Part shown: piece by piece, positions 22,271 through 32,582 of the stretch
Layout: each line of letters opens with the position of its first letter
How positions within the stretch are numbered: the first letter of the stretch is position 1
Assembly: GCA_963733195.1 (NCBI GenBank)
Contig: CAVTCR010000024.1
Coordinates: 1-64,000 of the forward strand
Reading direction: 5' to 3'
Length of the DNA: 64,000 bases
DNA from: an uncultured delta proteobacterium
GTDB taxonomy: Bacteria > Desulfobacterota > Binatia > Bin18
The notes under the pieces: generated by a model
Seen by the model: only the letters and a program-made list of their open reading frames with translations
Databases searched by the model: none
Told to the model about the DNA's origin: nothing
Made by a program: the position numbers and the translations under genes

Positions 22271-23449
22271 ATGACAACACGATTTGCCGATTGCCTGGTG
22301 GTGGATGCCGATGCTCATATCCTCGAGCCGCCGGATTTGTGGGAACGATATATGGACCCAGTGATGCGTGACCGGGCGATTCGTATTCGTACCGATGCCA
22401 AAGGACTGGAATATCTCGAAGTGGATGGCAAGCCCTCCAAACGAAGCCAAGGCGGCACGTTATTTTCGTTGGGCGGCTATGGCAAGGAGCCCAACGAACT
22501 TGTACCGTGTCCAGAACGTACCTACGTCGGCTGTGCGCCATTGGGCGCGATGGATGCCCACGGTCGTGTCCAGTTCATGGATCAAGAAGGGGTGGATGCG
22601 TCGGTGTTGTATCCGTCGCTCGCGTTGTTATGGGAACCGGAGGTCTTTGATGCCCAGCTTTGTGACGCCTACTGTCGTGCGTACAATCGTTGGATTACCG
22701 ACTTCTGCACCGATTCGGGCGATCGCCTCATTCCGATCGCTCATATCTCACTTGGTGATGTCAATTTGGCAGTGAAAGAACTAGAGCGAACAGTGCGTGC
22801 AGGAGCGAGAGGCGCGTTCATCGCGCCGCATACGATTACCCGCAAGCCGCACGGTCATCCGGATCACAACCCCTTCTGGGCTAAGGCGCAAGAGCTTGGT
22901 GTGCCGATCGGCATCCATCCGACGCTGGAGCCGATGCCACCTATGGCCGCGGCCCATTTCGATGGGATGAAGGGGGAGACCTGGTATTTCGTCGTGATGT
23001 CTTCCGTCGCTGTGCAAGCGGCGATGACGACGATGTTTCATTACGGTACGTTCGATGCCTTCCCGAACTTAAAGCTGATCGTGCTGGAGTCGAGCGCAGG
23101 GTGGATTAGCGCGTGGCTTGATCGCATGGATGCCAAGTTTGCCTCGGTTGGTCGCTTCAACCGCAAAATGAAGACCCTACCGAGCGAAAGCTTCAAAGCC
23201 CATTGTTGGATCGCCTGTGATCCCGATGAGAAGACGGTGCCGGCGATTATCGACCTGGTTGGCAATGATCGCTTCTTTTGGAATAGCGATTATCCGCACT
23301 CCGAGGCAAAACCCGGAGTGATGGATGATCTCGCACACATGGGCACGCAACTCAGCCCGGAGGCAAAAGCGAACGTCTTCGGTCTCAACGCTGCACGCTT
23401 GTACAATATCACTGGGCGACGCAGTGAGGTGCAAAGCCAGAAGTCATAA
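22271..23449 (+). CDS. Amidohydrolase-2 family protein
   Basis: VVDADAHILEP, AYNRW, GIHP and WNSDYPH. Confidence 0.9.
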   Translation: MTTRFADCLVVDADAHILEPPDLWERYMDPVMRDRAIRIRTDAKGLEYLEVDGKPSKRSQGGTLFSLGGYGKEPNELVPCPERTYVGCAPLGAMDAHGRVQFMDQEGVDASVLYPSLALLWEPEVFDAQLCDAYCRAYNRWITDFCTDSGDRLIPIAHISLGDVNLAVKELERTVRAGARGAFIAPHTITRKPHGHPDHNPFWAKAQELGVPIGIHPTLEPMPPMAAAHFDGMKGETWYFVVMSSVAVQAAMTTMFHYGTFDAFPNLKLIVLESSAGWISAWLDRMDAKFASVGRFNRKMKTLPSESFKAHCWIACDPDEKTVPAIIDLVGNDRFFWNSDYPHSEAKPGVMDDLAHMGTQLSPEAKANVFGLNAARLYNITGRRSEVQSQKS

Positions 23450-23451
23450 CA

Positions 23452-23501
23452 GTAGAACAGGCTTCCAGCCTGTTACAAAGGACAGGCTAGAAGCCCGTCC
23501 C
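23452..23501. repeat. GTAG-type REP doublet (REPIN-like)
   Basis: GTAGAACAGGCTTCCAGCCTGT...ACAGGCTAGAAGCCCGTCCCAC. Confidence 0.65.
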
Positions 23502-23563
23502 ACCACGAACCTGTTGATGACCACGTCGGCGAGTCAGACAATATACGGAAGGAGCACAACACT

Positions 23564-23905
23564 ATGGTTAAGTACATTATTTGCGCGAAGCGCAAGGCTG
23601 GAATGACATGGGAAGAATTCGATGCCTATTGGAAGAATCACCACGGAACTGTGGTGAAAAGCGTTCCCGAGTTCATTCGCCATGTCAGGAAGTATGTCCA
23701 GTGTCATCTCGTGAAAGGAGCAATGCCACTGGGAGCGGCAGGCAACTACGACGGAGTCGCGGAATTGTGGTTCGATAGCGTAGAGGAGCTAGAGAAAGCC
23801 TTTAACGAGCCGCGCTACCTGGAGATCATTCGCGCCGACGAACTCAAATTTGCCGATCTCGATAAATGCATGTCTTTTATTACCGAAGAGCTTCAAGTGG
23901 TGTAA
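23564..23905 (+). CDS. EthD domain protein
   Basis: KRKAGMTWEEF..YW..HH, KYVQCH, YDGVAELWFDS and ADELKF.D. Confidence 0.88.
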   Translation: MVKYIICAKRKAGMTWEEFDAYWKNHHGTVVKSVPEFIRHVRKYVQCHLVKGAMPLGAAGNYDGVAELWFDSVEELEKAFNEPRYLEIIRADELKFADLDKCMSFITEELQVV

Positions 23906-24091
23906 TCATGCTGCGGAGGGTAGTAGTTCATCTCGAGAAAGAGAGGGGTAAGAGAGGCCCGTCATTCGGAGGCGCGAGACCCGGAATCCAGGAGGCTACC
24001 GAGGCGGCTAATCTCCGCCCGTTTCCTGGCCTTCCCAGACTGAGCCTGGGCAGGGTAGAGCTTAGGTATTTTATGGCGGGCACAGCCCGCC

Positions 24092-24670
24092 CTATTTCGT
24101 TGCCGCTACACGTGCGGCATACGGCTTAGCAGACTGGCGCTTGCCGTTCTTGCTCACAGAGAAATTTTCTCCTGCTCCGTTCTGCTCAAGGACTGCAATT
24201 GCTTTTTGCATGAGGCGTACCATCTCCTGGATTTCTTGTCGTGGCATGCCATCTAAGAGCTTCTGGGTAAAAATCCGTCCCTCCGCAGCCATACTGGACA
24301 AGAACTGTTCACCTTTCGGCGTCAAGATCACCCGCTTCTCACGGCCTGAATCTCGATCCCCCGTCACACGCACGAGCTTGAGCGGTGCACGTGCTAATGC
24401 GGCGAGAGAACGAGTGATGGTCGAACTACTGGTTTCAAACCAGGAGGCAAGGAGTCGCTCAATATCTTTGCGGCGCATGCTTCCTTCCGGTCCACCTTCG
24501 GCCCGCATGAGCCATAAGATCGCGACTTGTTTGCGCGAGAGCTGACCACAACGTAGCGTCTCCTCGAACCCGACACCGATGCGATAATGAATCGGCAAGA
24601 AAAGATTCATCAGGTCCGCTACAAGATCCTTCTGCGCGGGCTGTCCTATGTCTGCCATACGATCAATCAT
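24092..24670 (-). CDS. MarR-family winged-helix regulator
   Basis: LSRKQVAILWL...SSTITRSL..L...DSGREKRVILTPKG. Confidence 0.8.
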   Translation of the reverse strand: MIDRMADIGQPAQKDLVADLMNLFLPIHYRIGVGFEETLRCGQLSRKQVAILWLMRAEGGPEGSMRRKDIERLLASWFETSSSTITRSLAALARAPLKLVRVTGDRDSGREKRVILTPKGEQFLSSMAAEGRIFTQKLLDGMPRQEIQEMVRLMQKAIAVLEQNGAGENFSVSKNGKRQSAKPYAARVAATK

Positions 24671-24767
24671 CCCTTTATCTCCAACGAATTTGCGCGGTGT
24701 ACGCCGGATTCTCTGTAGCGGGAATGGAACTCGCCCGCAACTCGGTCTACAGAAGAAATTCTAAAGC

Positions 24768-24795
24768 TTGCACAATGCAACTTTTGTGTTATACA
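24768..24795 (+). promoter_or_regulatory. Candidate MarR operator TTGCA-N3-TGCAA overlapping a -35/-10 (TTGCAC-N16-TATACA)
   Basis: Palindrome at 24768-24780 in the divergent marR/hydrolase intergenic region. Confidence 0.5.
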
Positions 24796-24829
24796 ACAAT
24801 CCCTGTCATTGCAGAAGGAGGGTGCATGC

Positions 24830-25709
24830 ATGAATGCAAAGAAAACTGCGCAAGGAATTGAGGTGCGGAAAGTCCCGTTCGAGTTTCCGCCAGACTTTCA
24901 ACCGCATTGGCACGCAGACGATCCAGCGTTAAGCCAACTCATCAACGGCACGTCGATACTACTGCCGTACATGGAGCCCTTCATCATCGATGCGATCCGT
25001 GAGGCGAGCAAACACATCACCGACCCAGAGCTGCAGAAAGAAGCGAAAGCCTGGATCGGCCAGGAGTCGCAACACTTCATGCAACACCGCCGGTTCAACG
25101 AAGTGCTCATCGCCAAAGGCTATCCTCAACTGCGTGAGCGCGAGAAGGAAATTGAACAGGAGTACGAAGAACTGCGAAAGCGTCCGCTCAAGTATCAGGT
25201 GGCCTATACGGCTGGGTTCGAGACACTGGCGCTGGCTACCGCCCATACGATCATTGCGGACCGTGCGCACCTCTTTCGCGGAGCCGATCCGGCCGTCGCT
25301 TCAATGTGGCTGTGGCATGTGGTGGAAGAAATTGAGCATAAGAATCTGGCGTTTGATGTCTACCAGCATGTCTATGGCGACTACTGGTATCGTGTCTATG
25401 GCATGTTCGCCGCGCTGCTCCATCTCTTCCAGATGGTGCGCGGATCGTACATGGTGCTCCTCAAAGCCGATGGATTGTGGGGCAAGTGGAAGACCCACTG
25501 GGCAATCAAGAAGTTTGCCTTTCGCTTCTTTACCTCTGCGATGCCAGGAATCTTACGACACGCGCTGCCGTGGCATCATCCTTCGCATGTCGCTAACCCG
25601 GCGTGGATGCGAGAGTGGGTAGCGCTATACGACAAAGGTGAGATGGGCGCTGGCAAAGCTCGATACGACTAAGCTGCCACTTTCTCCTGCGGATATGCTG
25701 CCGGTGTGA
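24830..25709 (+). CDS. Predicted metal-dependent hydrolase (PF10118-like, ferritin-like fold)
   Basis: EPFII..IR, GQESQH..QH, TAGFE, WLWHVVEEIEHK.LAFDVY and PWHHP; probable frameshift near the 3' end. Confidence 0.8.
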
Positions 25710-25940
25710 GGAGAGTCGGCATGCGTGCGTAGACACTATCAGTGTTCGATTACACGAGATTTCGCTCACGTTGGGTATACCTCACATCCGTCTTCGATGG
25801 GAGAGGATACAGGAGAGGGTGAGCGATGCCGGGTCGCGGCTCTGCGATCTCTCTCCCCGGAATGGCGAGAGAGGACCGAAGCCTGACGCCGTATTTGAGG
25901 CTCGTCGTACTCGAACAAATGAATTGAAAATGGAGAATCC

Positions 25941-26263
25941 ATGACCCACGCGAAATAGTCTATGCCGTGCTTGCTGCCTTGGGGGTCATCATCCCGATGT
26001 ATTACAACCTCCAATACATGGGTGCAGGGGGAAATCTTCTTGTCGATTTCTTCACCGTGCCTATGCAGAGCGCAATAACAGCGTCGCTGCTCTTCGACCT
26101 CTTAATTGCCTTTGCGGCCTTCAATGTTCTGCTCTTTGCGGAAGGCCGAACGTTAGGCAGCCGCAATTTTATAGTGTGTGTCGTGGTCTCGTGGTTAGTG
26201 GCATTTGCGGCGGGCTTGCCGCTGTTCCTCTTCTTCCGTGAGCGGCAAAAGCGGATTGGATAA
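25941..26263 (+). CDS. DUF2834-like small membrane protein
   Basis: Three hydrophobic helices, DLL motif and GLPLFLFFRE C-terminus; frameshift near the start. Confidence 0.7.
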
Positions 26264-26291
26264 TACTCGAAAATAAAGGAGCACAGTGCTA

Positions 26292-27470
26292 ATGAACTAC
26301 AATCCACTATCACCTGATGTGATAGAAAACCCGTTTCCGTTTTATGCGTACTTGCGTGAACATGCCCCCGTGTACTGGATCGAACCTCTGCACGCTTGGG
26401 CCCTCAGTCGTTATGCCGATGTCGACTTCGCCCTCCGTAATCCACAGATTTTCCCGTCTTCTGGATTTACCAACCAAACGCTAGGGGATCTCAACCCCAC
26501 ACCGGAGGTGCCGTGGATCCTCGATATGAATCCACCCGATCATACGCGGCTGCGCAAGTTGGTGAACAAAGGATTCCTCCCCCGCTTGATCCGTAACCTT
26601 GAACCACGGGTGCAAGAGATTACTCGGCAATTGATCGCCTCCCTGAGAAGGCAGACCGAGGGAGATTTAGTACCGGCGTTGTCAGGGCCACTCCCAACGA
26701 CCGTGATCGCAGAAATGCTCGGGGTTGAAGACGACCGGCTCAATGATTTTAAGCGCTGGTCAGATGATGTGGTTTTGGGCACGAGCCGCCCGACTGATGA
26801 AGTCATGCGGACTCGCGTGCGCGAGAGTGGTGCCGCGTTGCGCGCCTACTTCGAGCGGTTGATTGAACGACGCCGCACCAATCCAGGCGAAGATGTGATT
26901 ACTGCCTTGGTGCGCGCCGAGGAAGAGCACGATACGCTCACGGCTGCCGAGATCCTGGGGTTAGCGATCCTCCTACTCTTAGCAGGGAACGAAACCACGA
27001 CTAACTTGATTGGCAATGCGGTGCGAAACTTATTGAGTCATCCAGCGGAGCTTGCCAAGGTCCGAGCTGATCGCACCCTCGTTCCATCGCTGGTCGAAGA
27101 AGTGCTGCGCTATGATTCGCCGGTACAGCTCATTCCTCGCCAAACTGCGCGTGAGGTCGAATTAGAAGGCGGAAAGATTCCCGCCGGCGCAACAGTCTTT
27201 TTGCTGTTGGGCTCAGCCAACCGCGATGAGCGTCAGTTTTCACAAGCGGACCGTTTTGATGTCACACGGAATCCGCAGGACCATGTCGCGTTTGGCTATG
27301 GCATCCACTATTGCCTGGGCGCTCCGTTAGCGCGCCTGGAAGGTCGGATTGCACTCGACTCGCTCTTGTTCGACTGTCCGTCGTTTACGTGCACCAGGGA
27401 ACCTCTGCCACAGATTGCCTCGATCGTCGTCCGTGGTGTACAAACATTGCCGTTGCGATTTGCCGCATAA
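26292..27470 (+). CDS. Cytochrome P450
   Basis: PPDHTRLRKLV, AGNETT, EEVLRY and FGYGIHYCLG heme ligand. Confidence 0.95.
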   Translation: MNYNPLSPDVIENPFPFYAYLREHAPVYWIEPLHAWALSRYADVDFALRNPQIFPSSGFTNQTLGDLNPTPEVPWILDMNPPDHTRLRKLVNKGFLPRLIRNLEPRVQEITRQLIASLRRQTEGDLVPALSGPLPTTVIAEMLGVEDDRLNDFKRWSDDVVLGTSRPTDEVMRTRVRESGAALRAYFERLIERRRTNPGEDVITALVRAEEEHDTLTAAEILGLAILLLLAGNETTTNLIGNAVRNLLSHPAELAKVRADRTLVPSLVEEVLRYDSPVQLIPRQTAREVELEGGKIPAGATVFLLLGSANRDERQFSQADRFDVTRNPQDHVAFGYGIHYCLGAPLARLEGRIALDSLLFDCPSFTCTREPLPQIASIVVRGVQTLPLRFAA

Positions 27471-27631
27471 GGGTCTAGGAAAGAGTCAAGAATGAAAGAC
27501 TAGGCTACAGGCTTAAGACTTGATGGCTGTCCCCATCTCCTACTTCAGCCTTCGGTCTATAGCCTATAACCTTTTCGTCATCACATTTCACGCAGTACGC
27601 TTTAACTATATTTACCCAAAAGGAGGGTCGT

Positions 27632-29377
27632 ATGGCGCAGTTCGATACCATTATAAAAGGCGGGACGGTCGTGGATGGCACGCGAGTGCCGCGGTACAAG
27701 GCAGACATCGGCATCAAAAACGGTAAGATCGCTAAGATCGGCCGTTTGAACAGTAGCGACGCCACCAAAGTGCTCGATGCAACAGGGCTCATTGTCGCAC
27801 CGGGGTTCATTGATCTCCACACCCACTACGATGCCCAGTTGCATTGGGACCCCTACTGCTCGATCGGCGGCTGGCACGGCGTGACGTCGGTGACGATCGG
27901 CAACTGCGGCTTTGGTTTCGCCCCAGTGTATGCCAAAGATTTCGACCGTGCGTTGCTGTCACTGTCGCGCAACGAAGCGATTCCGCTCGAACCGATGAAA
28001 GTGACGATGGCGCCGGAGTGGGAAACCTTCCCACAGTGGATGGCGCATCTTGACCGCTTGCCGTTAGGGATCAACCTTTCACAACTTGTTCCGGTGACAC
28101 CTCTCGTAGCCTATGCCATGGGTGGTTTTACTGAAGCAAAGAAGCGGCTGCCCAATGAGAAGGAAGTGCAGACCTCGATTCGGCTGTTCCATGAAGCGAT
28201 GCAGGCTGGCGCGATTGGCTGGGGCGCGCAGCGTCTGTTCCCAGAAAGCACCGCGTCTGTACAGCGCGATTACGACGGCACACCGATGATCTCGGATGTG
28301 CTGCCGGATGACTTTTATCTGGCGATGGCGCGAGCACTGCAGGACTATGACGCCGGGTTCATTCAGATTACGCAATCGAGCGCAACCTCGAACGATCAAG
28401 GTGTGGGCATGCAGCGCGACTTAAATTTCAGTACCCAGCTTGCCGAGCACAGCGGCCATGCGGTCATCTACAACGCGCTGGTAGCGCACGAAAAGATTAT
28501 CGAACCGATGCGGTTGCAACTCAGATGGTTGAACGAGATGGTTGCCAAGGGGATTCCGGTCTACGGCCAGGCTGCGTCGGTGCGGGCGCCGTTCACCATC
28601 AACTTCAAGGACTGGAACCTCTTTGATGATAATGCGGCGTGGCGCGAAGCGACGTTGGGCACAGTCGAAGAGAAACGTGTGAAGCTGGCGAATGCCGACT
28701 TCCGCAAAATCGTCCGTGCCGAATACGACGCGGGCACGCCGACCCGTGATTTCGTTTTCGGCGAACTGGGTAAATACATCGCCATCACGATCGAGCGCGC
28801 CGACCTGCGCGAGAAGTATCTGGGCTTGTCGGTAGAGGAGATCGCCAAACGCGAAAATAAACACGTCGTTGACGCGATCTTGGATATTTCCGTCGCTGAT
28901 AATCTCGAAACCGAGTGGCTCGGACCGGTAGTCAACAGTGATCCGCGCGTCCACGGAGAGATGCTCAGTTCACCTGCCTCTATTCCAGGCGTCTCTGACG
29001 GCGGCGCGCACATCAAGTTCCTCACCCTGGGTGTCTATCCGACGGACATGCTGAGCTGGTTAGTGCGCGAGACTGGCACACTCACGTTAGAGGAAGCCCA
29101 CTTTCGCTTAAGCACCCTGCCGGCGCACGCGGCACAGTTCAAGGATCGCGGCACGCTGCGTGAGGGACTGGCAGCGGATATCGTAGTCTATGATCTCGAC
29201 AATCTGAAAGCGTTACCGATCGAGATTGCGTATGACCTGCCTGCGGGCGAATGGCGGCGGGTGCAAAAGGCGCAAGGTTATCGCTGGATCATGGTCAATG
29301 GTGGTGTGACGTTTGAAGATGGCAAGTGCACCGGCGCGACACCGGGTAGGCTGTTGCGATTCGGGAAGTCAGCATAA
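27632..29377 (+). CDS. N-acyl-D-amino-acid deacylase-like amidohydrolase
   Basis: PGFIDLHTHYDAQ, GNCGFG, SDGGAH and RGTLREGLAADIVVYD. Confidence 0.9.
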   Translation: MAQFDTIIKGGTVVDGTRVPRYKADIGIKNGKIAKIGRLNSSDATKVLDATGLIVAPGFIDLHTHYDAQLHWDPYCSIGGWHGVTSVTIGNCGFGFAPVYAKDFDRALLSLSRNEAIPLEPMKVTMAPEWETFPQWMAHLDRLPLGINLSQLVPVTPLVAYAMGGFTEAKKRLPNEKEVQTSIRLFHEAMQAGAIGWGAQRLFPESTASVQRDYDGTPMISDVLPDDFYLAMARALQDYDAGFIQITQSSATSNDQGVGMQRDLNFSTQLAEHSGHAVIYNALVAHEKIIEPMRLQLRWLNEMVAKGIPVYGQAASVRAPFTINFKDWNLFDDNAAWREATLGTVEEKRVKLANADFRKIVRAEYDAGTPTRDFVFGELGKYIAITIERADLREKYLGLSVEEIAKRENKHVVDAILDISVADNLETEWLGPVVNSDPRVHGEMLSSPASIPGVSDGGAHIKFLTLGVYPTDMLSWLVRETGTLTLEEAHFRLSTLPAHAAQFKDRGTLREGLAADIVVYDLDNLKALPIEIAYDLPAGEWRRVQKAQGYRWIMVNGGVTFEDGKCTGATPGRLLRFGKSA

Positions 29378-29671
29378 CCTGAAGTGAGTACTGAGTTGAG
29401 AGCAGGCAGCATCGGGAGAACGGAGAAGAAAAGAAAGAATCGGAGAAAGAAAACTACTTTCTCTTGCTCTCCGTTTCTCCCACTCTCCGGTTTGTTCTCA
29501 GCATCTCCGATTCTTTGATTCAATGCGCGAAACGTGACACATGGACGCGCCACGGATTGTTTGTGAGCCTCAGGTCGTGTAAGCTAGCTCTCTGATGTCT
29601 TCAACAAAACGTGAGGCATGGTGCTTCAGCTGTAACAACGCTGTGACAATATGACCGAGAAAGGAGTCGGT

Positions 29672-30802
29672 ATGAAAATTGGTATCCAAAATGTCTTTCC
29701 CGCTCACAAGGATTACAACGATCGCGACATGTATAAACATGAAACGCGTTTGCTAATCGAAGCTGAAGGCATGGGGTTCGATATCATTTGGCCGGTCGAA
29801 CACCACTTCTTCGATTACTCAATGTGTCCCGACAACATGCAATACCTCAGCTATATCGCTGCCCGCACCGAGAAGATGGAACTCGGCACTGGTGCCATCA
29901 TCCTACCTTGGAACAATCCGATGCGAGTCGTTGAGAAGATGGCCTTGCTTGATCACCTGTCTGACGGGCGCGCGGTTCTCGGCCTTGGGCGCGGACTGTC
30001 GCGGCGGGAATATGCCGGGTTCGGCGTGGATATGAACGAAGCGCGCGATCGCTTCAATGAAGCCGCGGCCATCGTGGTGCAAGGGTTGGAGACCGGTGTC
30101 GTCGAAGCCAACACCAAGTACTATCAACAAGCCCGCATCGAAGTGCGCCCGCGGCCGTTCAAGAGTTTTAAGGGTCGTCGCTATATGGTGTGTATGTCAC
30201 CAGAGTCCTTCTCGGTCGCGGCCTCGCTTGGACTTGGTTCAATGATGTTCTCACAAACAGCGTGGGAGAACATGGCTCCGCAACTCGAAGCGTATCGAGC
30301 CGAGTACCGCCAGCATAACAACGGTGAAGAAGCGCCACCGATCAGTATCGTCGACTTTATTTCGTGTTTCCCCACTCGCAAGAAAGCCGAAGAGGTCGCC
30401 CGTCGTGGTATCACCGGTTACTACTGGACGTTGATGGAGCATTACCGGATGGATGATGCGGCTAACTTTGCCTCAACTGGTGCCTCGTACCAGCACTACG
30501 CCAAAGCAGCCGAGCAGATCAACGCTGCTGGTCACGACGCGGTCATCGAAGAATTCATTAGCTCGAACCTATGGGGCACGCCTGACATGATCTCAGCGAC
30601 GCTACGCCGTCGCCGTGAAGCGATCGGTGATTTCGAGGTCAACGGCGCCTTCAGCTATTTCAGCGTGCCGTATGCCGACGTAGAGGAAAACATGCGTCTC
30701 TTCGCTAAGGAAGTGGCGCCGGAGATCAAGAGCTGGCAACCTCAAGCCCGTCGTCAGCCGATTGATGTCCGTCCTGCTGCTGCACCCGCAACAGCAAAGT
30801 AA
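29672..30802 (+). CDS. LLM class flavin-dependent oxidoreductase
   Basis: GFD.IW.VEHHF, AART..MELGT...ILPW.NP.R..E and LDHLSDGR..LGLGRG. Confidence 0.9.
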   Translation: MKIGIQNVFPAHKDYNDRDMYKHETRLLIEAEGMGFDIIWPVEHHFFDYSMCPDNMQYLSYIAARTEKMELGTGAIILPWNNPMRVVEKMALLDHLSDGRAVLGLGRGLSRREYAGFGVDMNEARDRFNEAAAIVVQGLETGVVEANTKYYQQARIEVRPRPFKSFKGRRYMVCMSPESFSVAASLGLGSMMFSQTAWENMAPQLEAYRAEYRQHNNGEEAPPISIVDFISCFPTRKKAEEVARRGITGYYWTLMEHYRMDDAANFASTGASYQHYAKAAEQINAAGHDAVIEEFISSNLWGTPDMISATLRRRREAIGDFEVNGAFSYFSVPYADVEENMRLFAKEVAPEIKSWQPQARRQPIDVRPAAAPATAK

Positions 30803-30842
30803 GAGGACGTGTCCTAACAACATCGCGAATGCCTCTTTACAA

Positions 30843-30960
30843 GCATCTATATATAGATGCCGAGCAAAGGACACGAAGCATCTACATATAGAACCATCGC
30901 AGGCATCTATACGTAGATGCCTGCATCTATTAGTAGAGACTTGCATCTATTAGTAGATGC
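30843..30960. repeat. Array of five 18-bp palindromes GCATCTA-N4-TAGATGC
   Basis: Units start at 30843, 30878, 30903, 30923 and 30943; the last three have an exact 20-bp period. Confidence 0.85.
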
Positions 30961-31176
30961 AGCTAGTGCCGTTCAATTCAGTTAGGCTGTGCAGAAAGAT
31001 GCACTCGGCGACAGGGAAAAGAATTGAGCGACTCGTCACAAAAGAGGATTGTGTCGAACGATACCCTCATCAGTCGGGGTTGTGTGAATTGATTGATGCC
31101 GCAATGAGCCCGCTTTAGCCACCGGCAGCGCTAGACCCATGCAACGTTGAACAAGACCAACAGAGAGGAACTTGCT

Positions 31177-32160
31177 ATGAAGCTCGCGCTTTATCTACCG
31201 AATCTCCGCGACAAGATCACCGTCAGCGAAATCGTTGACCTGGCACGTGAAGCGGAGGCTCTCGAATTCGACTCGGTGTGGTCGCTGGACCGCATCGTGG
31301 TGCCGGAAGCCTCGGACCGACAGGAACTCGAGAAGCCTTTTGGCTTCATGACGGAATTTCCGAAGGCGCTTCCAGTCAGCGCACGTGCGGAGTTCCTGCA
31401 TGGCTTGCCGCTCATTCCGTATCTGGCGGCAATTACGAAGCGAGTTCGGTTGGGTGTCAGCATCATTGTTACGCCCTATCGCGCCCCCGGCGTGCTGGCC
31501 GCAGAAATCGCCACCTGGGATCACCTCTCGGGCGGGCGCATCAACGTTGGCGTGGGCTCAGGCTGGATGCCGGAGGAGTTCGCCGCGGCCAGCGCCGCTC
31601 ACATCTACCAGAAACGCAACAAGCATGTGAGAGAAACGATCGAGGTGATGCAGGGGATCTGGACCAACGAGTTGTTCGAGTACCACGGGGAATTCGCCGA
31701 CTTTTCGAAATGTGGCTTCGGCGTGAAGCCGGTCCAGAAGCCACGGCCCCCGATGTTTTTTGGGGGCTTAGGCAAGCCCGAGATCGCGGCGGCGCGTGTT
31801 GCCAAGTACGGCCTCGAAGGTTGGATCGGGATCATGGACACGCCGGAAGCGATCACCACCTGGCGCGCAGCCATCAAGGAGGAGTTCGCGAAGATGGGCA
31901 GCAAGCATTCCATCGACGAGCTCGAAATTTCGAGCATGCTGCCGTTTGAGATCACGCGCGACAAAACAGATCAGACGCCACGCGGCAAACTCACGCCAAC
32001 GCTGGTCGGCACCGTCGACCAGATCACGGACAATCTCAAGCGGTATCGGGATGCCGGTATGACGATGCCCTTGCTGTGGCCGCCGTTCAGCGGGACCCCA
32101 ACCGCGAAGACCCTCGTGGACATGCGGCGGCTCGTGCACGACATTCTGCCTAAGGTCTAG
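31177..32160 (+). CDS. LLM class oxidoreductase (possibly F420-dependent)
   Basis: FDSVWSLDRI, LAAITKRVRLGVS....PYR.P, DHLSGGR..VGVGSGW..EEF and KPVQKPRPP. Confidence 0.85.
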   Translation: MKLALYLPNLRDKITVSEIVDLAREAEALEFDSVWSLDRIVVPEASDRQELEKPFGFMTEFPKALPVSARAEFLHGLPLIPYLAAITKRVRLGVSIIVTPYRAPGVLAAEIATWDHLSGGRINVGVGSGWMPEEFAAASAAHIYQKRNKHVRETIEVMQGIWTNELFEYHGEFADFSKCGFGVKPVQKPRPPMFFGGLGKPEIAAARVAKYGLEGWIGIMDTPEAITTWRAAIKEEFAKMGSKHSIDELEISSMLPFEITRDKTDQTPRGKLTPTLVGTVDQITDNLKRYRDAGMTMPLLWPPFSGTPTAKTLVDMRRLVHDILPKV

Positions 32161-32214
32161 GACCAGCTCGGAGGGTGCTATAGTGAACCTAAATCATTTG
32201 TGGATAGCGAGTGC

Positions 32215-32327
32215 CGTTCATGCTTCGACTCCGCCCTCCGGGTGATGCTTAGCCACGAACGGGCTTACCGTGCGCATAGCGGAGACCGTGCGCCCTGAGC
32301 GTAGGGGAGCGAAGTCGAAGGGTGAAC
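32215..32327. repeat. REP-like element (GTTCATGCTTCGAC...CACGAACGG / CCGT.CGCCCTGAGC...GTCGAAGGG)
   Basis: Inverted arms typical of intergenic palindromic repeats. Confidence 0.55.
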
Positions 32328-32582
32328 CAAATTCAGCTCTTCTGCTTCCACCACAAATCAAAAAGGATTCCTATATTGCACCTGCCCACAACTCCTTGGG
32401 GTTGACAGTCTGGAGGAGCCTGTGTATTGACTTATGAGTCTAAATTCTAGATTTAAGAATATGACTCCGTGCAGTGCTGCCTCAGGTGGGCTGCCTGGGC
32501 AGTTTCGATGCGTAGAAGAACATGTCATAGAGAGTTAATATCTGATCACAACTGTCTACAAACTAACTGAAGGAGGGATACC

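Noticed and set aside
30843-30960. Palindrome array as CRISPR
   Set aside because: Units are 18 bp with 2-17 bp gaps and no unique spacers.
32402-32460. Promoter/TetR operator (TTGACA; GACT-TATG-AGTC) upstream of the amidohydrolase-ADH genes
   Set aside because: Plausible, but the -10 spacing is poor and the palindrome is short, so it is not supportable as a feature.
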